Positions 19,691-28,217 of a stretch of DNA of 64,000 nt are shown one piece after another. The notes beneath the pieces are model-generated. The model made no database searches. It was given only the letters and a program-made list of their open reading frames with translations, and had not been told where the DNA came from. Position 1 is the stretch's first letter; each line of letters starts with the position of its first letter. Position numbers and translations under genes: made by a program. The DNA is taken from sequence record NC_015287.1, one strand, 5' to 3'.

Positions 19691-20359
19691 ATGAAACTTT
19701 CCGATAGAACTATCAATCTGTTGAAGAACTTTGCTTCTATCAATCAATCTATCCTGTTCAAACAAGGTAAGTCCTTGAGAACTATTTCTGTAATGAAGAA
19801 CATTCTTGCAGAAGCAAATATCGACGAGGACATTCCTCAAGAGTTTGGTGTTTATGATCTTAGTCAGTTCTTGAACTCTCTAGGTCTTTTCCAAGATCCA
19901 GAACTAAACTTCACAGGACAAAGTTTCGTCAACATTAAAGAAGGCAAACAGAAGTCTAAGTATTTCTTTGCTGACCCAAGTGTGATTGTTTCTCCTCCAG
20001 AGAAGTCTATCACTCTTCCCTCTGTAGATGTTGAGTTCACACTCAAGAGTTCTCAACTTGACAGACTCCTCAAAGCAGCCGCAGTATATCATCTAACAGA
20101 TCTATCTGTTGTTGGTGATGGTAGTGAAATTAAGATGGTTGTATCTGATCGCAAGAACGATACATCTAATGATTTCTCTATTGTTGTTGGAGAGACTACT
20201 AAGAAGTTTGGACTTCATTTCAAAGTGGAGAACATGAAGATTGTGCCTGGCACATATGAGGTGAAAATCTCTCGTAAACTTTTGTCACAATTTAAGTCAT
20301 GTGAATACGACTTGACCTACTATATAGCTCTAGAACCAGATCTTACATGGGAGGATTAA
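19691..20359 (+). CDS. gp45: Sliding clamp
   Basis: MKLS..TINLLKNFASINQSI, FGVYDLSQFL, YYIALEPD. Confidence 0.95.
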   Translation: MKLSDRTINLLKNFASINQSILFKQGKSLRTISVMKNILAEANIDEDIPQEFGVYDLSQFLNSLGLFQDPELNFTGQSFVNIKEGKQKSKYFFADPSVIVSPPEKSITLPSVDVEFTLKSSQLDRLLKAAAVYHLTDLSVVGDGSEIKMVVSDRKNDTSNDFSIVVGETTKKFGLHFKVENMKIVPGTYEVKISRKLLSQFKSCEYDLTYYIALEPDLTWED

Positions 20360-20526
20360 TGTTATTCGCATCTCATCCAAGTGTCTACACATTGCCAGGC
20401 ACTTGGGAAGCACAACCTGACGTGGTATATGATCCCACATTATTAATCGCGTCAGCAGTAGTTGTATTTGCAACTGCAACACTTATATCTGTAATTTCAA
20501 TTAAGCGATCTAGAAAGAGAGCCTGA
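20359..20526 (+). CDS. Small single-TM protein (55 aa, MLFASHPSVYTLPGTWE...)
   Basis: Not in the ORF track; TAATG coupling to gp45; hydrophobic helix then a basic tail. Confidence 0.65.
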   Translation: MLFASHPSVYTLPGTWEAQPDVVYDPTLLIASAVVVFATATLISVISIKRSRKRA

Positions 20527-20544
20527 TTACCTTACTATTTTATT

Positions 20545-21009
20545 ATGAAAGAATTTGATTATGACCTCGATTACAAGAGTCTTGATTTTTCACATGAAGA
20601 GACTCGGAAGTTATATCGCATTGGAAGGGGGGAACAAGGAGTTTTATTGGTACGCCCTTATACTAACGATATATGTGCTCATTGGAGATTCAAAACTCCT
20701 CACGAAGCAGTAATCTCATCCAACAAAATCTTTGCCATGTACCTAGACTATAGGGATGGTAAGGATTTTATTGGTATGGACATGTGCCGTAAATTTCTAG
20801 AGATGGGATTTACCAGAGCAAGACGTTATGCAAACCATAACTCAGGTAGAAAGTATAAGAAAGGAACGAAAGAAATATTGCCGCAAGAAGAAGATCATAT
20901 GACAAGTAAATATGCAGAGTCCGCTAGGATATTCAAGAAGGTAAGAGATATTGTTGCCAAAAGTGATTCTTATGTTAAGATGAGAAAGAACTGGAGGTCA
21001 GAAGAGTGA
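20545..21009 (+). CDS. DUF4385-like protein
   Basis: YRIGRGEQGVLLVRPY, HWRFKTP, DMCRKFLEMGFTRARRYANH. Confidence 0.75.
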   Translation: MKEFDYDLDYKSLDFSHEETRKLYRIGRGEQGVLLVRPYTNDICAHWRFKTPHEAVISSNKIFAMYLDYRDGKDFIGMDMCRKFLEMGFTRARRYANHNSGRKYKKGTKEILPQEEDHMTSKYAESARIFKKVRDIVAKSDSYVKMRKNWRSEE

Positions 21010-21539
21010 ATATCTTTGTCACAGATCCATGCCCACGCAAGTCTGCTCAGGTATTACCTGACAAACATGTGGTCAAGATGCCACTAGAGACATGTCAAAT
21101 GCTCTCTATTGTTTTTTCACACTGGTATTATGATTGGGGTGATGATCTATTAAAGAAAAAGGATGGCACTCCTTACAAAACAAGTAAGGGTGCTTTCCGA
21201 AATCATCCATGTACACAATGGGCAGCCAAAAGTTTATACAATACTGCATGGTTGATTCAACATGGGTGTGCATTATCAACCGAGTACACTCATCGCTACG
21301 GTAAAGAACACGGATGTCGTGACACTTTATGGCAAGCGAAGAAAGTATTCCATCGCTTTTCTGAGAAAGCAATTACATGTTACAATTATGTTGAAGACTA
21401 CGCCTTCGCAGGTCCAGACCAGTTTAAATATGACACAAGCATTGACACTCTTACTGCTTACAAACGTTATATATCGAGCAAACCTTGGGCTGCATCTAAT
21501 TATCTTCGTGACCCATCCAGAAAACCAGATTGGTTATGA
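21006..21539 (+). CDS. Pyrimidine-dimer DNA glycosylase (DenV)-like protein
   Basis: MNIF..D..P..SA..LPDKHVVKMPLETCQMLS and NHPCTQW. Confidence 0.7.
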   Translation: MNIFVTDPCPRKSAQVLPDKHVVKMPLETCQMLSIVFSHWYYDWGDDLLKKKDGTPYKTSKGAFRNHPCTQWAAKSLYNTAWLIQHGCALSTEYTHRYGKEHGCRDTLWQAKKVFHRFSEKAITCYNYVEDYAFAGPDQFKYDTSIDTLTAYKRYISSKPWAASNYLRDPSRKPDWL

Positions 21540-21766
21540 CTCAGTTAATTGAAAAGGATGACCCACGTTACTTCTCACAGACAAGTAACAAATCATATGA
21601 CAGGCATCACTATAAAATAGTTTACAAAGACCGTTCTATTGTGTTAGAATCTTGGGATGAGGTCCAAGAATGGTGGTGGAATAATTGCCATCAACCACAA
21701 TTTGATGCCGTTGTACACGTTATTGACATACCAAAGACTAAGAAAAAGTCCAAAGGATTTATTTAA
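21536..21766 (+). CDS. Hypothetical protein
   Basis: ATGA-coupled ORF. Confidence 0.7.
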   Translation: MTQLIEKDDPRYFSQTSNKSYDRHHYKIVYKDRSIVLESWDEVQEWWWNNCHQPQFDAVVHVIDIPKTKKKSKGFI

Positions 21767-21768
21767 TT

Positions 21769-22005
21769 ATGACTAAAAGAAAGGAAGAACTTGCTCTTGA
21801 GTTCGTGAAATATACCGTCAGTTTGATGGACGAGGAATCTCTTCGGAAGATTGCTGAGATCAATTTACTTGCTAACCTGAGTGGAGACGTAGATCTTGAA
21901 ACTTGGGAAGATTATGTAGCACAAATGAAAGGTCTAAACACGGCCGAAAAATGTATTGAGTTGATCAAACCAGCAATGCTTTTGAGGGGACAAAATGAGG
22001 GATGA
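21769..22005 (+). CDS. Hypothetical protein
   Basis: 78-aa ORF in the operon. Confidence 0.65.
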   Translation: MTKRKEELALEFVKYTVSLMDEESLRKIAEINLLANLSGDVDLETWEDYVAQMKGLNTAEKCIELIKPAMLLRGQNEG

Positions 22006-22942
22006 ATTTATTTGGGTCGAGAAGTATAGGCCAAAAACTGTTGAGGATTGTATCCTCCCAGAGACTACAAAGAACACCTTTAAAGAATTTCTAAAGAAGG
22101 GAGAGATCCCTAATCTTCTGTTGTCAGGTCCTCCTGGCGTAGGTAAGACTACAGTTGCAAAAGCATTGTGTACAGAACTAGGAGTCGATTATTATGTCAT
22201 CAATGGATCCGATGAAGGGAGATTTCTTGACACGGTTAGGAACCAAGCAAAGAACTTTGCTTCGACCGTCTCACTTCAAGGAATGGACGCACAGCACAAA
22301 GTCATCATTATTGACGAAGCTGACAACACAACCCACGACGTACAACTCCTCTTACGGGCAAATATTGAGGCATTTTATAAGAACTGCCGATTCATCTTCA
22401 CCTGTAATTTCAAAAACAGAATCATCGAACCCCTCCACTCAAGATGTTCAGTCATCGAGTTTGGAATCTCAGGCAAACAAAAACCAGAGATCCAAGCACA
22501 GTTCTTCAAACGACTGGTTGAGATCCTTGATCAAGAACATATTGAAGCAGATAAGAAAGTAGTAGCTGAACTAATCAACAAACATTTTCCTGATTGGAGG
22601 AGAGTTCTTAATGAGTGTCAACGACACTCTGTAAGTGGTAAGATTGATTCATCTATTCTTGCCAACTTCTCTGAGGTGAATATAGATGACCTCATGAAGA
22701 ACCTCAAGAAAGGTAATTTCCCAGAGGTCAGGAAATGGGTGGTAAATAACTTGGACAATGATTCTGCTGTACTTATGAAACGTGTCTATGATACTCTTCT
22801 TAAGTCTTTGAAAGGTCCTAGTATCGCTGATGCGGTTCTGATTATCAGTAAGTATCAGTATCAGATTGCGTTCGTAGCTGATCAGGAAATTAACCTGTTA
22901 GCATGTCTTACAGAAATTATGGGAGAGTGTGAATTCAAATGA
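21995..22942 (+). CDS. gp44: Clamp loader large subunit
   Basis: WVEKYRP, GPPGVGKTT, IIDEAD, HSRC. Confidence 0.96.
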   Translation: MRDEFIWVEKYRPKTVEDCILPETTKNTFKEFLKKGEIPNLLLSGPPGVGKTTVAKALCTELGVDYYVINGSDEGRFLDTVRNQAKNFASTVSLQGMDAQHKVIIIDEADNTTHDVQLLLRANIEAFYKNCRFIFTCNFKNRIIEPLHSRCSVIEFGISGKQKPEIQAQFFKRLVEILDQEHIEADKKVVAELINKHFPDWRRVLNECQRHSVSGKIDSSILANFSEVNIDDLMKNLKKGNFPEVRKWVVNNLDNDSAVLMKRVYDTLLKSLKGPSIADAVLIISKYQYQIAFVADQEINLLACLTEIMGECEFK

Positions 22943-23253
22943 CTAAAACAAAATTAAGAGCACAAGTGAAATCTAGATGGTATTATTATTTCTGGGGTGC
23001 TGCTACTATTGCAGTGGTCTCAGGACAAATTTATGTGGGAAATGGTTTCCGCAGAATGGCAAGAAGTTTTGACAGACTTGTCAATGGTTTTGTTATAGAA
23101 CTTCTACAAGAAGAACCAAAACCTAGAGGCAGATATGAACCTCTGATCCCTCCCCCAACAGGAGACTATCGTGACTTTGGTCCTGGATTGACTCAGGAGA
23201 AATCTCCTGATGATCATATTATTTGGTTAGAATGGTACAATGATTCTAAGTGA
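22939..23253 (+). CDS. Hypothetical single-TM protein
   Basis: KSRWYYYFWG.AT..VV.GQ hydrophobic N-terminus. Confidence 0.7.
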   Translation: MTKTKLRAQVKSRWYYYFWGAATIAVVSGQIYVGNGFRRMARSFDRLVNGFVIELLQEEPKPRGRYEPLIPPPTGDYRDFGPGLTQEKSPDDHIIWLEWYNDSK

Positions 23254-24382
23254 AAGTGAATCTGTTTATGCAGCAGATAAATTTATTGATTATTTCTCTA
23301 ACACAGGAAGAATCGATGAATATCTTCGTAATGTAAAAACATCTAGAATCAAAGATCAACCTAATAGTCTAGGTGCTTTCTTTGATGGAGGCGGTGGTGG
23401 AACTGAGGACGATCTCTTCAGTAAGTTTGACATGCACCCTTCTGATATGAAGATCAAGATCTATCGTGCTGGAGAGAATCTGGGATTGAGTAATCAGTTC
23501 TTCAATGAGAGATTACAGATTACAATGTCTCATGCTTTTGAAAGTTCTATCCCAGGCAAATCTCTCAAGTGGATTGTCAAAGAAGAGAATACAAAAAAAG
23601 TTATTGGGTTTATAAGGTTCGGTTCTCCCACCATCAACTCTAAACCGAGGAATGATTGGTTGGGTGACGTACCAGATTTGGGTCGGTTTAACCGCCATGC
23701 AATCATGGGATTCATCATCGTACCTACTCAACCGTTCGGTTTCAACTACCTTGGTGGTAAACTCTTAGCGATGTTGTGTTGTTCACATCAAGCAAGAGAA
23801 GAACTCAATGCAAAATACAACTCAAACATTTGTTTGTTCGAGACCACATCCTTATATGGTTCTACTAAATCATCATCACAGTATGATGGACTCAAACCAT
23901 ATATGAGATACAAAGGTCTGACTGATAGTGACTTCACTCCTCTATTACATGACTCTATCTTCCAAGATCTAAACAAATGGTTCACAGCAAGGAACAATGA
24001 TAAATGTTTAGTCAAAGAGGATGCGTCTAGTAGAAAACTGAAGATACAAACAAAGATGATTTCTATTATCAAAAAGTCTTTGCAAGATAAAGACAAACTG
24101 GAATCATTCAATGCTGCGATCAGATCTGCAAAAGATCTCACTGAACAAAAACGTTTCTACATGTCTACCTATGGTTTCAAGAATGCTCGCGAAGTTATCT
24201 TGGGGGAGCAAGATACTTTGGTTAAGGCTGAGAATTATGATCGGTTCTCTGTTGATCAGATTATTTCTTGGTGGAGAAAGAAAGCTTCTCGTAGATACGA
24301 GACGCTCAGAGATGAAGGACGATTGAGAACTAAGTTGGAAACTTGGAACACAAATCCAGACGAGATTGATATCATACGATGA
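23240..24382 (+). CDS. DUF4338 / Druantia DruA-like protein
   Basis: IGFIRFGSP...RNDWLG, PFGFNYLGGKLLAMLCCS, ETTSLYG...SQYDGL resemble the DruA core. The ORF is secure; the family call is tentative. Confidence 0.55.
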   Translation: MILSESESVYAADKFIDYFSNTGRIDEYLRNVKTSRIKDQPNSLGAFFDGGGGGTEDDLFSKFDMHPSDMKIKIYRAGENLGLSNQFFNERLQITMSHAFESSIPGKSLKWIVKEENTKKVIGFIRFGSPTINSKPRNDWLGDVPDLGRFNRHAIMGFIIVPTQPFGFNYLGGKLLAMLCCSHQAREELNAKYNSNICLFETTSLYGSTKSSSQYDGLKPYMRYKGLTDSDFTPLLHDSIFQDLNKWFTARNNDKCLVKEDASSRKLKIQTKMISIIKKSLQDKDKLESFNAAIRSAKDLTEQKRFYMSTYGFKNAREVILGEQDTLVKAENYDRFSVDQIISWWRKKASRRYETLRDEGRLRTKLETWNTNPDEIDIIR

Positions 24383-24762
24383 AAGAACTTAAAGATTGGT
24401 TGAACTCCATAAACCTCACAAAAGAGGATATTACGGAGACAGATCCTGATGCGATCAAGAAGTATCCACCATTCATTGTGAACAAATGTATGTCAGCACA
24501 CATTGATACTGTCATGCTTGCCAATGAAATGAACTTAAACCACCACATAGAAAAGGGTGCTCAATATCAATTTTATCTAAATAGTGTCAGGAAGAGAAAG
24601 AGATTCTCTCCTTGGCTCCGCAAAGATAAGATCAAAGATCTTGACGTTGTGAAAAAATACTATGGTTATAGTAATGATAAAGCAATCCAAGCATTGAAAA
24701 TCTTAACTGCTGAGCAGTTGAACTACATTAAAAAACGCATTGACGTTGGAGGTACAGGATGA
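24379..24762 (+). CDS. gp62: Clamp loader small subunit
   Basis: KYPPFIVNKCMS, KRKRFSPWL, VKKYYGYS. Confidence 0.92.
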   Translation: MKELKDWLNSINLTKEDITETDPDAIKKYPPFIVNKCMSAHIDTVMLANEMNLNHHIEKGAQYQFYLNSVRKRKRFSPWLRKDKIKDLDVVKKYYGYSNDKAIQALKILTAEQLNYIKKRIDVGGTG

Positions 24763-25220
24763 GTGGGTTTACAGAACCTGAGATTGCTTGGTCACAAGAT
24801 CAGATGATCGAAGTCACACTTAACGAACCAGATGATTTCTTGAAGGTTAGAGAAACTCTGACGAGAATCGGTGTCGCTTCACGCAAGGAAAAAAAGATTT
24901 ATCAATCGTGCCATATTCTGCACAAGCAAGGTAGATATTATATTGTTCATTTCAAAGAACTGTTCGCATTGGATGGAAAGTCCGCTAATCTTTCTATCAA
25001 TGATGTGCAGCGTAGGAATAGAATCATCACTCTGTTATCAGATTGGGGATTGATTACTATTCTTAGACCAGAACAAATTGTAGATGTTGCTCCTTTGAAT
25101 CAGATCAAAGTTCTCTCTTATAAAGATAAAGGAGACTGGACTTTAGAGACTAAGTACAACATAGGAAAGAAGAAAAAGGTAGTACAATCGTCACAAAGTA
25201 CGTTCGTAAAGGCAGACTGA
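24759..25220 (+). CDS. regA: Translational repressor RegA
   Basis: DDFLKVRETLTRIG, CHILHKQGRYYIVHFKELF. Confidence 0.96.
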   Translation: MSGFTEPEIAWSQDQMIEVTLNEPDDFLKVRETLTRIGVASRKEKKIYQSCHILHKQGRYYIVHFKELFALDGKSANLSINDVQRRNRIITLLSDWGLITILRPEQIVDVAPLNQIKVLSYKDKGDWTLETKYNIGKKKKVVQSSQSTFVKAD

Positions 25221-25239
25221 CGGTTATCACTATGTTTTC

Positions 25240-25267
25240 AGAGGGTTTACATAACCCTCTTTTTTTT
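25240..25267 (+). terminator. Rho-independent terminator after regA
   Basis: AGAGGGTT-TACAT-AACCCTCT followed by a T-run. Confidence 0.85.
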
Positions 25268-25277
25268 ATGCTCGTTG

Positions 25278-25334
25278 TATAATTAGTAATGTCGCCGCAA
25301 GGGACAAAACTAAACTCGCTTTTAAAGGAGAAAC
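25278..25334 (+). promoter_or_regulatory. hsp20 -10 element and structured 5' leader (ROSE-like)
   Basis: TATAAT 25278-83; GNRA hairpin GTCGCC-GCAA-GGGAC; TCGCT can pair with the SD AGGA. Confidence 0.55.
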
Positions 25335-25766
25335 ATGACTAACATTCAAAGATATCATACTCAGGATCTGGGCACACTAGTTGACAAGATCATGAAGAAC
25401 AGCGTTGGTATGGACGATTACTTCAACCAGTTCTTCAATTTTGATTCCACTACTAATTACCCGCCCTACAATCTTGTACAAATTAACAATGTAGATTCTA
25501 GACTAGAAATTGCACTTGCTGGATTCAGTAAGGAAGAAGTTAAAGTCTACACAGAGTACGGACGGATTGTTGTAGAGGGTAAGAAAGAAAAAACAGAAGA
25601 AGAATCTGAGTATCTACACAGAGGTTTGGCTCAGAGATCTTTCCAGAGAGCCTGGGCATTGTCAGAAGACATTACAGTTAAGGATGTAAATTTTGCAGAT
25701 GGACTTCTCACAATTAAACTGGGCAAAGTGATACCAGAACATCATGCACGGAAAGACTACCTATAA
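25335..25766 (+). CDS. hsp20: Small heat-shock protein
   Basis: NYPPYNL, EIALAGF, YLHRGLAQRSF.R, F.DGLL.I; strong SD AAGGAG. Confidence 0.95.
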   Translation: MTNIQRYHTQDLGTLVDKIMKNSVGMDDYFNQFFNFDSTTNYPPYNLVQINNVDSRLEIALAGFSKEEVKVYTEYGRIVVEGKKEKTEEESEYLHRGLAQRSFQRAWALSEDITVKDVNFADGLLTIKLGKVIPEHHARKDYL

Positions 25767-25789
25767 ATAGTATTAGTTCGAGATGGATC

Positions 25790-25813
25790 AACCCTCCCTA
25801 CGGAGGGTTTTTT
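25790..25813 (+). terminator. Rho-independent terminator after hsp20
   Basis: AACCCTCC-CTAC-GGAGGGTT followed by a T-run. Confidence 0.8.
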
Positions 25814-25816
25814 ATT

Positions 25817-26395
25817 ATGGACATAAGTAACTTCAAGAATAATAGATTATCTGGTTTGACATCGCCATTTGAACCTGTAATATATGATTGCCCATATCAA
25901 GATCAGATTGCAGATCCTCTATTACAATGGATATATGATAGGGCAAACGTTAGAGTAAATGGTGGAGCATTAAAGACAAAGTTCTACACAGGAAAAGATA
26001 GAGATACACCAGAACATACCATATTGATTGATTGGATAGAGAGTTTGGTGGTGGAAGCAGTTCACGGAATGTCTAGGTGGACAAACTCTGCATACAACCA
26101 AAGTTCAGAGTCTTCCAAAAGATTTAACATTGCTGATTATTGGGGTATGTATTATGATGAGGGAGGAGGTGCAGTGTTGCATAATCACTGGCCATATCCC
26201 ATATCATTTGGATACTACCTAAAGACCCCAGAAGGCAGTTCACCATTGATTATAGATGAACAATCAATTCAAGTTACAGAAGGTAGATTAATTTTATTTG
26301 CTGGACATCAACCACATGAGGTTCCAGATTGTGAAGTAACTGGAAGGTGCATGATCGCAGGCAATATTGTGTATAAGGGTGTAACAGACTGGTAA
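25817..26395 (+). CDS. 2OG-Fe(II) oxygenase-like protein (HxH type)
   Basis: LHNHW, distal HEV, RCMIAGN. Confidence 0.75.
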   Translation: MDISNFKNNRLSGLTSPFEPVIYDCPYQDQIADPLLQWIYDRANVRVNGGALKTKFYTGKDRDTPEHTILIDWIESLVVEAVHGMSRWTNSAYNQSSESSKRFNIADYWGMYYDEGGGAVLHNHWPYPISFGYYLKTPEGSSPLIIDEQSIQVTEGRLILFAGHQPHEVPDCEVTGRCMIAGNIVYKGVTDW

Positions 26396-26442
26396 ATGTG
26401 GGAATCCCCTGACAATAAATATTGTTACAGGAGGTAAAGATC

Positions 26443-26619
26443 ATGTTAAAACTTACATGGGAACCAAAAGAAGTTCCAGAATACGATCCAGAAATTCATA
26501 ATCCAGAGAAGGTCTTTGCTCTTCTCTGTTACCGTGGTATCCACTATGCTAAGTGGGTTTGCTTGGATGTTTTCAAATCAGGACCATGGAGATTAAAAAA
26601 TCCTAGAGAAAGGGGATAA
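26443..26619 (+). CDS. Small protein with YRG motif (DUF4278-like, tentative)
   Basis: SD GGAGG, ATAAATA upstream, LCYRGIHY. Confidence 0.6.
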   Translation: MLKLTWEPKEVPEYDPEIHNPEKVFALLCYRGIHYAKWVCLDVFKSGPWRLKNPRERG

Positions 26620-26660
26620 TATATTTTTTCTTTGTTATAGTAGTATTTTGAGAGTTTGGT

Positions 26661-27332
26661 ATGAAAAAATTGATTATGGGTTTGATGGCCGCGGCCTCAT
26701 TATCCATACCAGCACTCGCTGAACCCACCAAAGGATATTACACTATGGATGCCATGGGTTGTATGCTCTTGAAAGAGTGTACAGATGGTGTAGAGCGTAT
26801 CTATTCTTCTGGTGATCTTCGTGCAGCATTTCCTGACTCTGATTGGGATAATGTTGATGATGAATTTGATGAGATCATGGTGGCTTTTAGTCAGATTGGT
26901 GTAGATGTTCATCTTGCAGATGAGAAATATTTCCCAGTAGGACATAGAGGTGTATATCACACTGTAAGTAATCACTTCTATCTCAATAAAACTTATGTGC
27001 ATCGCCCACATGTACTCATGAGTGTTGTTCGTCATGAGGGATGGCACGCCGCACAAGATTGTATGGCAGGGACAATCAAAAATAATATGATTGCGATTAT
27101 CATGGATGAGGAAAAGGTTCCTCAGATCTGGCAAGACATTGCTTCTAATACTTATAGGGCAACACCTCATGCAATCCCTTGGGAGAAAGAAGCCTTTTGG
27201 GCAGGGAAGACTGGTGGTATGACTCTTGAGGCACTTCAATCTTGTGCTCGTGGTAAAATGTGGGAAGACTATGATCCCACTCCTATGACAGAGGAATGGT
27301 TAATTGAAAATGGATATATTCAAAAGGGTTGA
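26661..27332 (+). CDS. Secreted HExxH metallopeptidase-like protein
   Basis: Signal peptide ending PALA; VVRHEGWHAAQDC; downstream WEKEA. Confidence 0.7.
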   Translation: MKKLIMGLMAAASLSIPALAEPTKGYYTMDAMGCMLLKECTDGVERIYSSGDLRAAFPDSDWDNVDDEFDEIMVAFSQIGVDVHLADEKYFPVGHRGVYHTVSNHFYLNKTYVHRPHVLMSVVRHEGWHAAQDCMAGTIKNNMIAIIMDEEKVPQIWQDIASNTYRATPHAIPWEKEAFWAGKTGGMTLEALQSCARGKMWEDYDPTPMTEEWLIENGYIQKG

Positions 27333-27357
27333 CATGATCCCCACTTGATACTATAAT
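27329..27357 (+). promoter_or_regulatory. Consensus sigma70 promoter
   Basis: TTGACA(27329-34)-17 nt-TATAAT(27352-57). Confidence 0.9.
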
Positions 27358-27385
27358 GTATTTGTTGAGTTGACGAACTTAACAT

Positions 27386-27558
27386 GGGAGTGACTGAATA
27401 ACCCTGTTGGAATTAGGCGGGGTAATGTAAATGGTTAGAGGTGGTACTCGCCTTCCCTAAAGGAAGTGAACCCGAACCAAGGGAACCATTGTTGTTATGT
27501 ACTAATTTTCGCTTTAGCGATTCCCATAACTTGAGGGTACGAAGTATTCCCTCCTCCC
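27386..27558 (+). ncRNA. manA-like structured RNA
   Basis: Starts GGGAGTGACTGAATAA, contains AGGTGGT and CTTCC-loop-GGAAG, ends CTCCC. Nested stems AATGGTT/AACCATT, GTTATG/CATAAC, GAGGG/CCCTC. Family recalled, not searched. Confidence 0.6.
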
Positions 27559-27562
27559 CCAT

Positions 27563-27633
27563 GCGGATGTAGTTTAATGGTAAAATACGAGGTTTCCAAC
27601 CTCTTGTCCTCAGTTCGATTCTGAGTATCCGCT
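27563..27633 (+). tRNA. tRNA-Gly(TCC)
   Basis: Acceptor GCGGATG/TATCCGC, anticodon loop TTTCCAA, T-arm CTCAG-TTCGATT-CTGAG; CCA not encoded. Confidence 0.93.
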
Positions 27634-27655
27634 TTGCAAACTATATACTGGTGCA

Positions 27656-27991
27656 ATGACCGTCAAACTGGTACTACTTAAATCTAATGAAGAAGTCATC
27701 GCAGATGTAAAGGAACTTGTTGATGCGGATGACAAACCCATCTTTGTAGTTCTTGAAAACGCTTACTGTTGTAAGTTGGTTGAAGCACCTGTGATGCTTA
27801 CTGAAGGAAAAGAGGAGACTGAAACACAGTACAGTGTGCAATACTATCCTTGGATGCCTTTGTCTGATGAGAAAAAGATATCGATTGATCCTAGCTGGGT
27901 TGTTGCGATAGTAGAACCAAAACCAATGGTCAAACAATCCTACGAGAATAAGATTTATGGAACAGGAAGTAAAGATTCTAGTCCTAGTTAG
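27656..27991 (+). CDS. Conserved hypothetical (Sm-like beta barrel?)
   Basis: KLVLLKS.EEVIADVKE; usual pair before gp43. Confidence 0.75.
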   Translation: MTVKLVLLKSNEEVIADVKELVDADDKPIFVVLENAYCCKLVEAPVMLTEGKEETETQYSVQYYPWMPLSDEKKISIDPSWVVAIVEPKPMVKQSYENKIYGTGSKDSSPS

Positions 27992-28217
27992 TGGAGATGT
28001 CCTAATCTCAGGAGTAGAGGAAGTCGCTGCTGTTGATATAGGAGATCCAAATTGTAAACTGGTATCGCCTTACCAACTAGACGGTGAGGAAATGTCACCT
28101 TGGTTAAAGAAAGTGACAGATGATGTTGAAATTATGATATGTTCTGATAAGATAGTAACATTGGTGGAACCCCACCGAGAACTCATTGATTCGTATTTGA
28201 AACTGGCAACCGCATGA
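27957..28217 (+). CDS. Conserved hypothetical
   Basis: GDPNCKLVSPY, SDKIVTLVEP. Confidence 0.75.
   Translation: MEQEVKILVLVSGDVLISGVEEVAAVDIGDPNCKLVSPYQLDGEEMSPWLKKVTDDVEIMICSDKIVTLVEPHRELIDSYLKLATA

Noticed and set aside
26396-26442. Glutamine (downstream-peptide) riboswitch before the YRG peptide
   Set aside because: The leader is short, holds a late promoter and SD, and lacks the expected conserved structure.
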